Positions 1-8,030 of a stretch of DNA of 18,707 nt are shown here, piece after piece. Both the position numbers and the translations under genes were made by a program. The notes beneath the pieces are model-generated. The model did no database searches, was not told where the DNA came from, and saw only the letters and a list, made by a program, of their open reading frames with translations. Within the stretch, counting starts at the first letter, position 1; each line of letters starts with the position of its first letter. This DNA is from Candidatus Eiseniibacteriota bacterium (GTDB lineage Bacteria > Eisenbacteria > RBG-16-71-46): assembly GCA_031364845.1 (NCBI GenBank), contig JANLWX010000089.1, forward strand, positions 1 through 18,707. Direction: 5' to 3'.

Positions 1-1
1 C

Positions 2-112
2 CTGTTGCTCACGACCGAAGCGATCGTGACGGAGATTCCGGACAAGAAGCGCGGTGGAGCGCCCCAGGGTGGACAGGGCGGCGGCGGTGGTTACGGCGGA
101 GAAGACTTCTAG
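2..112 (+). CDS. groEL: Chaperonin GroEL, C-terminal end (partial; gene starts before the window)
   Basis: Frame +2 reads LLLTTEAIVTEIPDKKRGGAPQGGQGGGGGYGGEDF*. LLTTEA-x-V-x-E-x-P followed by a Gly-rich tail is the GroEL C-terminus. TAG at 110-112. Not in the ORF track. Confidence 0.93.
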   Translation: MLLTTEAIVTEIPDKKRGGAPQGGQGGGGGYGGEDF

Positions 113-140
113 TCACAGCAGAAGCGCTTCGAAGCAAGAG

Positions 141-181
141 ATACGACACGGGTGGTGGCGAAAGCCGCCACCCGTTCGTAT
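141..181 (+). terminator. Stem-loop after groEL, probable intrinsic terminator
   Basis: ACGGGTGGTGGC-GAAA-GCCGCCACCCGT (148-175), extended by ATACGA/TCGTAT; GNRA loop; ~30 nt after the groEL stop; weak U-tract. Confidence 0.75.
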
Positions 182-224
182 ACGCCTTCGTCATTGAAAG
201 CTCCTGGAACGTTCTCTCGTTTGA

Positions 225-908
225 ATGGACTCTATGGCTCCTAATTCCCAAGATCCGGAAGAAACGCCACAGATCACTTCACGGCAGCTTGGCCTTTACG
301 AGGCCCTGGTTGATCTTGAACAAGATCGTGCGGGTGAGGCCGCGGTGCCGAGGCTAGCAGCCATGTACCTCGGCGCCATCCTCGTCTTCGGGCAGCGTGG
401 CAACCCGGATGCGATCGCCCTCGCGGCCCACGGTCTGCGTGAGTTGATGGAGAAACTCGCGCGGCACCTCAACGTACCGATGGCGCAGACGTCAGGGGTC
501 ACCGCCAAAGTATTTGAAATGTCTGCAAAGTATCGAGCGATTCAGGAGGCGCACCCGGATCGGAAGGAAGACCTTCGGATCGACTTCCACGAGTGTGCAG
601 AGGCCCTCGCTGTGTGGTTTCCTGAGAACCATACCCCGAGATCGAGGTGGGGCGCGGAGGTTTTTGACCGGCTCGATCCTCGCGGGCTGAAGTTGCCGTA
701 GCCGGTGAAGGAGCCTCACACGAGGGCGTGGCTCAAGTGCCATAAGTGCTTTGAGGATGCATCCCACCACAGACGCATTCCGTCAAACGAGTTTGAGGAG
801 CACCTTCAGCTCTTCGAGGACTTTCTCCTGAACCGGCTGCGGCCAAACGCAGTCGAGAATCAGAGCGCTCTTGAAGATATCGCCCGGGAAGGAGAGGCCA
901 ATGCCTAG
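225..908 (+). pseudogene. ~227-codon all-helical hypothetical protein (possibly HEPN/Abi-like) interrupted by one in-frame TAG at 699-701
   Basis: ORFs 225-701 and 705-908 are in the same frame, separated only by TAG-CCG. No SD precedes GTG705. Motifs NPDAIALAAHGLRELMEK and FEDASHH. The stop at 906-908 overlaps the next ATG at 901. Confidence 0.65.
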
Positions 909-3735
909 CCTGGAACACGTTCGGCGTGCGAAGGCTGCGATGAATCGCGTCGCAGATCTCGAGTTCTTCTTCGAGAAGCTGACCTCGCCCGGCTGGATCG
1001 AGCCGCTTGAGAAAGAGGGTTTCTTCAAGGAGCCGTGGGCACCAGTGTCCGAAGGACGCTACGTAAGCTTCCCCTTCTGGCCGCAATCCAAGTACTTGGC
1101 ACGGATGGCCGCCATGGCCCCCGACACGGTGTTGGAAGTCATCCAGCGCATCCCGAACACAGATAATGTGCGCATCCACGAAGACTATGCGGACGCCGCT
1201 CTTTCAATGCCGCCAAACACGGCTGCGAAGATATTGCCGCTCGCGAAAAGCTGGCTCTCCTCGCCATACTTGATGCTTCTGCCCATGAAGCTCGGCCACT
1301 TGTTGCGACATCTTGCAGTTGGAGGCGAAACTGCGGCTGCTCTCGACTTGGCTGCCGCTCTACTGACGGTCATTCCTAACAAGGAAACAAGTAGGCCGCA
1401 TGGTCGATTCGAGGACTACTCATACGGCGAGATACTTGAGCAGGATATCCCGCCCCTATTGACGAGAGATCCCCTTGGTACGCTTCGAGTCTTGGCGAAT
1501 GCGCTTGAGCAGGCCGTCATGTCTGGCGCGGTTGGTGTTCCAGGCGAGCGGGAAGACTATTCGGCCTCCTGGAGGCCCGCAGTCGAGGAACATGCACAAA
1601 ACAATGAATACGATGTCCGCCCGCTCTTGGTAGCAGCGGTCCGTGATGCTGCAACGATTGTCGTCACCACTTCGACACTGCCCTTGGCAGAGGTGTTCGA
1701 AGCCCTTGATGAGAGGCCATGGAAGATCTTCAGTAGGATCGGCCACCATCTCGTCGGCACGTTCCCGGATCTTGATCTAGAGCTTACAAGGCGCCTCGCA
1801 TTCGATACCAATCGAGCAGGTGACCCTACATATCACCACGAATATTGGCGGCTTGCGCTTGCCTCGTGTCAGCACCTCTCGCAGGACGACCGCGAGGTAT
1901 TCTTACAGCGACTGGAAACGGAGTTGGAGAAGGATGAAAGGGAGGCCGAATCTCTGAGCCCCGATATTGCCGATCAAGAAAAACGACGGGCTCGCTACCG
2001 TCTGTTCCGTCGGCTGTCTTTGCTCCGACAGGCGCTGCCACCCTCAGGTCAATTGCGGTGGAATGAACTAAAGGGGGAGTTTTCGGAAGTCGAGCACCCT
2101 GAGTTTCTCACCTACACGTCAGGAGTGTGGACCGGCCCAACCAGCCCCAAGAGTTCGGAAGAGTTGTCGGCCATGGCCGTTGAGGAACTCGTTGAGTACT
2201 TGCGCAACTGGCGACCGACGGACGCATTCATGGGGGACAGCGAGGAGGGGCTCGCCAGAAAGATCGCTCCTGTGGTGGCCGAGAACCCCGAGTTATACGC
2301 AACAAGGGCCATGGACTTCTGTGGACTTGACCCAACTTACGTCCGTTCATTAATTGACGGCTTGCGGCAAGCTCGTAGGCGGCGGCATGCCTTCGATTGG
2401 GAACCTGTTCTCGATATGTGCGAGTGGATTGTCACTCAGCCGCGTTCGATTCCGGGCCGTATCGTTGATGAGAATCACGATGATTTAGATCCGGACTGGG
2501 GCTGGACGCGCAAAGAAATCGCCGGTCTCCTCGAAGACGGATTCGAGGAAGGTGTCGGAGCCTTACCACAGCGATTGAGAGGCCAGATCTGGAGTGCGCT
2601 CTCACCACTAACGAGCGATCCCGACCCCACGCCTGAGCATGAGGCCCGATACGGGGGATCGAACATGAACCCGCTAGCGCTGTCCATCAACAGCGTCAGG
2701 GGGGTCGCCCTTTATGCGGTCGTAAAGTATTCGCTTTGGGTCCGTCGCTACTTGGAAACTGAAGGCGATACCTCCGCCTTGGCACGGGGGCTCGATGCGA
2801 TTCCTGAGGTGCAGCGAGTACTTGAGGATCACCTCCGCGTTGACCTGGACCCATCACTTTCGACGCGGGCCGTATTCGGGCAGTGGTTGCCCTGGTTGCA
2901 CAGGCTTGATCCGAATTGGACGCTAGAACAACTGCCGCACATTTTCCCGCGGAGCGATGAGCAACGTGCCCTCAGGAGTGCTGCTTGGGGCAGTTATCTT
3001 CTGTATTCCGGCGTATTCAATAACATCTTCCACCTCCTGCGTGATGAATACGCCTTTGCCATTGAGCGGATTGGTCAGGACAATTTCGGGGGCCGGGACG
3101 ATGAACATCCAGATCTTCGGCTAGTCGATCACCTCATGATCTTCTACATCCGCGGGCTTATCGAGTTGAGAGATGAGCGCGGCCTCCTGCAGCAATTTTA
3201 CCGCAACGCTCCCATTGAGTACCGTGAGCGGGGCATCCGATTCGTCGGAAGCCTTCTCCACAATGAGAGCTCTGACGCCCTGCCAGCCGAGGTACAGCTG
3301 CGGCTTCAGGCACTCTTTGACATGCGTCTGAAGAACGAAGAACCGTCCACGGAAAGAGCGCGAGAATTGGCTCACTTCGGCTGGTGGTTCGCGTCGGGCA
3401 AGCTACCTCAGGACTGGGCTGTTTCGCGCCTCATTACTGTCCTGCGCACGGGCAGGCAATTGGATGCTCAAAACTTGGTCGTGAAGCAGTTGGCGGTAGC
3501 TGCTCAGACGGATCCAATCTCAACGAGTGAAGCCCTTCTCTTGCTAGTCCTAGCAGACTCAGATGCGTGGGGATTTGGTCTTTGGGTCGAGGAGGGGCGC
3601 GTCGTTCTCGAGCGTGCGCTTGCGCAGGCCGACCCGCGGCCAAGAGACCACGCCAATCGGACCATTAACCTCTTAGCTGCTAGGGGAAATCGGGCCTACG
3701 TAGATCTCCTCACCGAGAACCGTGAAGCGCAGTAA
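901..3735 (+). CDS. Large (944 aa) hypothetical protein, Leu/Trp/Glu-rich, predicted alpha-helical repeat (ARM/HEAT-like); putative defence-associated
   Basis: Long uninterrupted ORF; GGAGAGG SD at 891-897 before ATG901; no Walker A, signal peptide or clear TM segment seen; many A/T-ending codons unlike the neighbouring genes. Confidence 0.8.
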   Translation: MPSLEHVRRAKAAMNRVADLEFFFEKLTSPGWIEPLEKEGFFKEPWAPVSEGRYVSFPFWPQSKYLARMAAMAPDTVLEVIQRIPNTDNVRIHEDYADAALSMPPNTAAKILPLAKSWLSSPYLMLLPMKLGHLLRHLAVGGETAAALDLAAALLTVIPNKETSRPHGRFEDYSYGEILEQDIPPLLTRDPLGTLRVLANALEQAVMSGAVGVPGEREDYSASWRPAVEEHAQNNEYDVRPLLVAAVRDAATIVVTTSTLPLAEVFEALDERPWKIFSRIGHHLVGTFPDLDLELTRRLAFDTNRAGDPTYHHEYWRLALASCQHLSQDDREVFLQRLETELEKDEREAESLSPDIADQEKRRARYRLFRRLSLLRQALPPSGQLRWNELKGEFSEVEHPEFLTYTSGVWTGPTSPKSSEELSAMAVEELVEYLRNWRPTDAFMGDSEEGLARKIAPVVAENPELYATRAMDFCGLDPTYVRSLIDGLRQARRRRHAFDWEPVLDMCEWIVTQPRSIPGRIVDENHDDLDPDWGWTRKEIAGLLEDGFEEGVGALPQRLRGQIWSALSPLTSDPDPTPEHEARYGGSNMNPLALSINSVRGVALYAVVKYSLWVRRYLETEGDTSALARGLDAIPEVQRVLEDHLRVDLDPSLSTRAVFGQWLPWLHRLDPNWTLEQLPHIFPRSDEQRALRSAAWGSYLLYSGVFNNIFHLLRDEYAFAIERIGQDNFGGRDDEHPDLRLVDHLMIFYIRGLIELRDERGLLQQFYRNAPIEYRERGIRFVGSLLHNESSDALPAEVQLRLQALFDMRLKNEEPSTERARELAHFGWWFASGKLPQDWAVSRLITVLRTGRQLDAQNLVVKQLAVAAQTDPISTSEALLLLVLADSDAWGFGLWVEEGRVVLERALAQADPRPRDHANRTINLLAARGNRAYVDLLTENREAQ

Positions 3736-3948
3736 GCCCTTCCGACGGTCATGAATTCCAGGACGAACAGCACCGATGCCCGCGAACCCGCCCACCGGTC
3801 CGTCAAAACCCCGCGCCCGTCAGCCGGGACTCGCTCGCCCCGGGCGGACTGCTAGCCTCTCGTCATTGGATCCGCCATCCTCGCTGCCGTCCCATGGTGC
3901 CGGGCCAACCCCGGCGGATCTTCCGGTCACTTCATCAAGGAGAGTTCC

Positions 3949-6672
3949 ATGATGCTCCGTCGTGTGGGAGCGCATCGCGTGCTCGGGATCACCGTGCTCG
4001 CCATGCTCGCGCTGTCCGCAACCGTCCTGGCCGCGGACAAGCCCAAGGGCAAGCAGGCCGGTGGCCCGCCCGCCGATGCGGGCGACAAGCCGTTCGCCGA
4101 ATGGAAGAAGGTCACCAAGGACGCCGAGGTCATGAAGGGATATTTCACGCTCTACAAGAAGCGCGAAAATCTCTACCTCGAGCTCGCTCCGGACCAGCTG
4201 AACCAGCCGGTGCTCGGTGTCTTCAGTTTCGCCAAGGGCATCGGCTCGAACTTCCTGCTCGGCGGACTGCCGCTCAACGACCGGCTGCTCGAGTTCCAGC
4301 GGTTCGGCGATCGCGTGCTGGTGTTGGAGAAGAACACGCGCTTCGTTTCGCCGGGTGACGAGGCGTTCGACAAGGCGCGCGATCTGTCCTACGGCCAGTC
4401 GGTGCTGGCGTCGCTCAAGATCGAGAGCGTGCACGACTCTTCGAAGGCGCTGCTCGTCGACCTCGCTCCGTTCCTGTTGAGCGATCTCACCGACCTCGCG
4501 GAAGGCATGCGCGGAGCGCTCGGGAAGTCGATGCGGTTCGACAAGGAGCGCTCGGCGCTGACGTCGGTAAAGACGTTCCCCGAGAACTCGGAGATCGAAG
4601 CGTTGCTCACGTATTCGCCGAACGATCGCATGAACTACGGGCTGCCGACAGTTCCGGACGACCGCTACGTGCCGGTCACGGTGCACTACTCGTTCTCGAA
4701 GCTGCCCGAGAAGCCGATGACCCCAAGGCTCGCCGACGACCGCACCGGATACTTCCTCACTGCGGTCAAAGACTTCACGCGCGACACGGGCGACAACTAC
4801 TGGCGCCGTTTCGTCAATCGCTGGCGGTTGGAGAAGAAGGACCCGGCCGCCGCGCTGTCCGAGCCGGTGAAGCCGATCGTCTACTACATCGACCACACGA
4901 TCCCGGTGAAGTACCGCCCGTACATCAAGCAGGGCATCGAATCGTGGAACAAGGCGTTCGAGGCCGCGGGCTTCAAGAATGCGATTCTCGCCAAGGACGC
5001 GCCCGACGATCCGAACTGGGATCCGGAGGACGTGCGCTACAGCACGATCCGCTGGATCGTGTCGTCCGAGCCGTCGTTCGGCGCGATCGGACCCTCGCGC
5101 GTCGATCCGCGCACCGGTGAGATCCTCGATGCGGATATCCTGTTCGAAGGCTCGATCGTCCAGCGGCGACTTCAGGTGTTCCGCCGCATCAGCCCGGACG
5201 CGATCGCCGAAAACATCGCGCCGTCGATGAAGGACTGGCCGTCGTTCATCTCACCCGATCACCGCTGCGATGCGCCGCTCGGCATCTCGCAGGGCGCCTC
5301 GCTCGCGCAGATCGGCATGATGCTCGATGGATCGATCCCGGCCGGCGCGCCGCTGCCCGAGAAGTTCATCGGCGAGATGCTGGTGCACGTCACGCTGCAC
5401 GAAGTCGGACACACGCTCGGGCTCACGCACAACTTCCGTTCGAGCACCTCGACTCCGTGGGACAAGCTTCAGGATCGCGACTGGACGCAGCAGCACGGAC
5501 TGACCTCTTCGGTGATGGACTACGCCACACCGAATCTGTCGGTCGACCGTACGAAGCAGGGCGACTACTACGGCATCACCGCAGGCGACGCCGACCTGTG
5601 GATGATCCGCTACGGCTACCAGCCGTCGGGCTCGACCGATGTCGATGCCGACTACGCGTTCGCGAAGACGATCGCGGCCGAATCGACGATGCCGGGCCAC
5701 GAGTATTCGAACGACGCCGACACGTATCCGGCCGACGCGCTCGATCCGCGCACCAACATCTGGGATCTCGGCAACGATCCGCTCCAGTTCGGCAAGGATC
5801 GCGCGGAGATGATCGCGAATCTGTGGAAGAGCCCCAAGCTCGAGGAGCGCATCCTCGGCGCCGACGGTTCGTATCCCACGCTGCGCAACGCGATGGACGA
5901 CCTGCTGAGCCAGTACGCGATCGCGCTCGGCATGGGCGTGAAGTGGGTCGGCGGGCAGTACCACGCGCGCAATCATCGTGGCCAGGCCGGCATGGTGGAG
6001 CCGCTCCAGCTCGTCCCCGCGGCGAAGCAGCGCGAAGCGCTCGACTTCCTTGCCCAGCGCGCGTTCTCGGCGGACGCGTTCACGGTTTCGTCCACGACGC
6101 TCAACCGTCTGGCACCCGATCGCTGGAGTCACTGGGGCATGCCGAATCCGTTTGGCGGCGGTGGCGCGCGGCTCGACTACGATCTCGGCGACAAGGTGTT
6201 CGCGATCCAGAACGCGTTGCTCGGCCAGCTCACCCAGCCGCGGCTGCTCGCGCGACTGCGTGAAGCCGAGTCACGGGGACCCGAAGCATTCCGGATGTCG
6301 GAGCTGTTCGATCGCCTGACGAAGATGACGTGGGGCGAAGTGGCGGTCGGAGGGGCCGGAGTGAAGACCCTGGAGCGCCCGACCACGCGCCGCGACGTGC
6401 AGCGCGCGTTCGTGGACCGGCTGGCGACCATGATCGTGAGTCCCGCACCCGGTACGCCCGATGACGCCCGCGCGCTCGCGCGGCTCCAGCTCACCCGCAT
6501 CGACGGCCGTGCGGCCCAGGTGCTGGCGGGGAAGGCCGCGGTCGGCGATTACACGCGCGCCCATCTGCTCGAGACACGCGCGCGCATCAAGCGCGCGCTC
6601 GAGGCGGCGCGCAATGCCGATCCCGCGCGGCCGGCGGGTGCCGGCGGGGCGAACGCGACGCCGTCGGAGTAA
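3949..6672 (+). CDS. Secreted zinc-dependent metalloprotease (metzincin; DUF5117/DUF4953, EcxA-like architecture)
   Basis: Signal peptide; PRLADDRTGYF, RWRLEKKDP...KPIVYYID and DPRTGEILDADI family motifs; zinc motif HEVGHTLGLTHN (HExxHxxGxxH) and Met-turn SSVMDY; AAGGAG SD upstream. Confidence 0.92.
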   Translation: MMLRRVGAHRVLGITVLAMLALSATVLAADKPKGKQAGGPPADAGDKPFAEWKKVTKDAEVMKGYFTLYKKRENLYLELAPDQLNQPVLGVFSFAKGIGSNFLLGGLPLNDRLLEFQRFGDRVLVLEKNTRFVSPGDEAFDKARDLSYGQSVLASLKIESVHDSSKALLVDLAPFLLSDLTDLAEGMRGALGKSMRFDKERSALTSVKTFPENSEIEALLTYSPNDRMNYGLPTVPDDRYVPVTVHYSFSKLPEKPMTPRLADDRTGYFLTAVKDFTRDTGDNYWRRFVNRWRLEKKDPAAALSEPVKPIVYYIDHTIPVKYRPYIKQGIESWNKAFEAAGFKNAILAKDAPDDPNWDPEDVRYSTIRWIVSSEPSFGAIGPSRVDPRTGEILDADILFEGSIVQRRLQVFRRISPDAIAENIAPSMKDWPSFISPDHRCDAPLGISQGASLAQIGMMLDGSIPAGAPLPEKFIGEMLVHVTLHEVGHTLGLTHNFRSSTSTPWDKLQDRDWTQQHGLTSSVMDYATPNLSVDRTKQGDYYGITAGDADLWMIRYGYQPSGSTDVDADYAFAKTIAAESTMPGHEYSNDADTYPADALDPRTNIWDLGNDPLQFGKDRAEMIANLWKSPKLEERILGADGSYPTLRNAMDDLLSQYAIALGMGVKWVGGQYHARNHRGQAGMVEPLQLVPAAKQREALDFLAQRAFSADAFTVSSTTLNRLAPDRWSHWGMPNPFGGGGARLDYDLGDKVFAIQNALLGQLTQPRLLARLREAESRGPEAFRMSELFDRLTKMTWGEVAVGGAGVKTLERPTTRRDVQRAFVDRLATMIVSPAPGTPDDARALARLQLTRIDGRAAQVLAGKAAVGDYTRAHLLETRARIKRALEAARNADPARPAGAGGANATPSE

Positions 6673-6701
6673 GCACGGAGCATTCACAACGCGAAGTTTC
6701 G

Positions 6702-6732
6702 AGGGGGCGGCGCCAGTTGCGCCGCCCCCTTT
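6702..6732 (+). terminator. Intrinsic terminator after the metalloprotease gene
   Basis: Perfect 12-bp stem AGGGGGCGGCGC-CAGTT-GCGCCGCCCCCT ending in a short T run, 30 nt after the stop. Confidence 0.75.
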
Positions 6733-6894
6733 GCATCGGGCACACTGCCCGGCCGCAACGGGAGGGAGTCCGCACGGGGCGCTTCGCGTCCCGGTACTGC
6801 CCGCCCCGAACCCAAGAGCCTTCGAGTCCGGCGCTGTTCGGCCCGGGCATTCATGGAGCCCGGGCAGCCCCGGCCGGGTCCAGTGGAGTTTCCA

Positions 6895-7458
6895 GTGATC
6901 GCAGCCACCCATCTCAAAGTCGGCATGATCGTCATGCACAACGGCAAGCCGCACCGCGTGACGAGCGCCATCCATCGCACTCCTGGGAACCTGCGCGGAT
7001 TCGTCCAGGTCCGCTTCGTCAACATCGAGAGCGGCTCGAACTCGGAGCACCGCTACTCGTCCGTGGACATGGTCGAGAAGGCGAACATGGAGCAGCATCA
7101 ACTCCAGTACAGTTACCGCTCGGGCGACGCCTTCAACTTCATGAACATCGAGAGCTACGAGATGATCGAGCTGCCGTCCGAGGTGCTGGGGGATGCGGTC
7201 AACTACCTCAAGGAAGGCATGATGATGGAGGCCGAGTATTACTCCGGCCGCGTGGTGGGCGTGCAGGTGCCGATGTTCGTGGAGTTGGAGGTCAAGGAGA
7301 CCACGCCGAACATCAAGGGTGCCGCCGTCCAGAACACGAACAAGCCCGCGATCGTCGAGACCGGTTACGAGGTCAAGGTGCCGCCCTACATCGAGGTCGG
7401 CAATCGCGTGAAGATCGACACGCGCACCGGAGAGTTCGTCGAGCGCGTGAGCGGTTAG
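6895..7458 (+). CDS. efp: Translation elongation factor P (187 aa), PGNL loop variant
   Basis: GTG start at 6895 with GGAG at 6885-6888; LKVGM, HRTPGNLRGFVQ, FMNIESYE, YLKEG, KPAIVETG..VKVPPYIEVG..VKIDTRTGEFVERV match EF-P. Confidence 0.96.
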   Translation: MIAATHLKVGMIVMHNGKPHRVTSAIHRTPGNLRGFVQVRFVNIESGSNSEHRYSSVDMVEKANMEQHQLQYSYRSGDAFNFMNIESYEMIELPSEVLGDAVNYLKEGMMMEAEYYSGRVVGVQVPMFVELEVKETTPNIKGAAVQNTNKPAIVETGYEVKVPPYIEVGNRVKIDTRTGEFVERVSG

Positions 7459-7470
7459 GGGCGGCGCGCT

Positions 7471-7971
7471 TCAGCGCTTCGTTGCCGCCCGCGCACTCTT
7501 GCCGCCGAGATGCGCCTCCACGAACCACAGATCCTTGTCGGCCGCCCGCGAGATCTCGGTGCACAGGTCCGCGGTGTCCTGATCGATCTCTGAGAACGTT
7601 TCGATCGCCGCGCGCACACCGGCGCCGAACTTGGCGATGGCGCTCGCCAGCATCTCGACGTGGTCCAGGTCGCGCACCAGCTCGAGCGGATAGGGCTTCA
7701 AACGCGTCGACTTCGCGGCGGCCTGCAGCGTTCCATGCACCTGACCGCCGACCTGCGCCACGCGTTCGGCGATTTCGTCCGACCACTCCGCTGCGTGCTC
7801 ATAGACCTCGTCGAACAGCCGGTGCAGCGCAATGAAGCTCGGGCCGCGCACGTTCCAGTGTGCCTGCTTCGCCTGCATCGCCAGATCGCTCGAGTCGGCG
7901 AGCAGCTGATTCAGGACGCGCGTGACCTTCTCGCGGGTCTTCGCCGGCAGATCGTTGTGGGTCGGGTGCAT
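7471..7971 (-). CDS. dps: DNA starvation/stationary-phase protection protein Dps (166 aa)
   Basis: ATG at 7971 with GGAGGA SD; KQAHWNVRGPSFIALHRLFDE, DEIAERV..VGG, DQDTADL and DKDLWFVEAH are Dps signatures. Confidence 0.96.
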   Translation of the reverse strand: MHPTHNDLPAKTREKVTRVLNQLLADSSDLAMQAKQAHWNVRGPSFIALHRLFDEVYEHAAEWSDEIAERVAQVGGQVHGTLQAAAKSTRLKPYPLELVRDLDHVEMLASAIAKFGAGVRAAIETFSEIDQDTADLCTEISRAADKDLWFVEAHLGGKSARAATKR

Positions 7972-8030
7972 CGATTCCTCCGTGAACTGCATGAACCGGT
8001 CGCGGGCCGCAAGGCCCGGCGTCCGGTGCG

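Larger units (their letters stand above)
184..3868. mobile_element. Putative horizontally acquired islet downstream of groEL (no integrase or transposase present)
   Basis: GC visibly lower than the flanks (hand-counted 60-nt lines at 1321 and 3001: 60% and 48%, versus 73% at 12241); atypical codon usage; direct repeat TCGTCATTG at 188-196 and 3860-3868. Confidence 0.5.

Noticed and set aside
699..701. Genome-wide amber recoding or pyrrolysine use
   Set aside because: TAG terminates groEL, efp, rho, the 9425 gene and nadE at their expected C-termini; no pyl genes are in the window.
705..908. Independent 67-aa gene
   Set aside because: No SD before GTG705, and it is in frame with 225-701; better explained as the C-terminal part of one interrupted gene.
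3820..6132. Long antisense ORFs (358 aa, 293 aa) opposite the protease, and similar shadow ORFs at 9761-10780, 12848-14263, 15293-16282 and 17546-18685
   Set aside because: They overlap well-supported genes, are Arg/Pro/Ala-rich with no motifs, and are expected in high-GC DNA with few stop codons.
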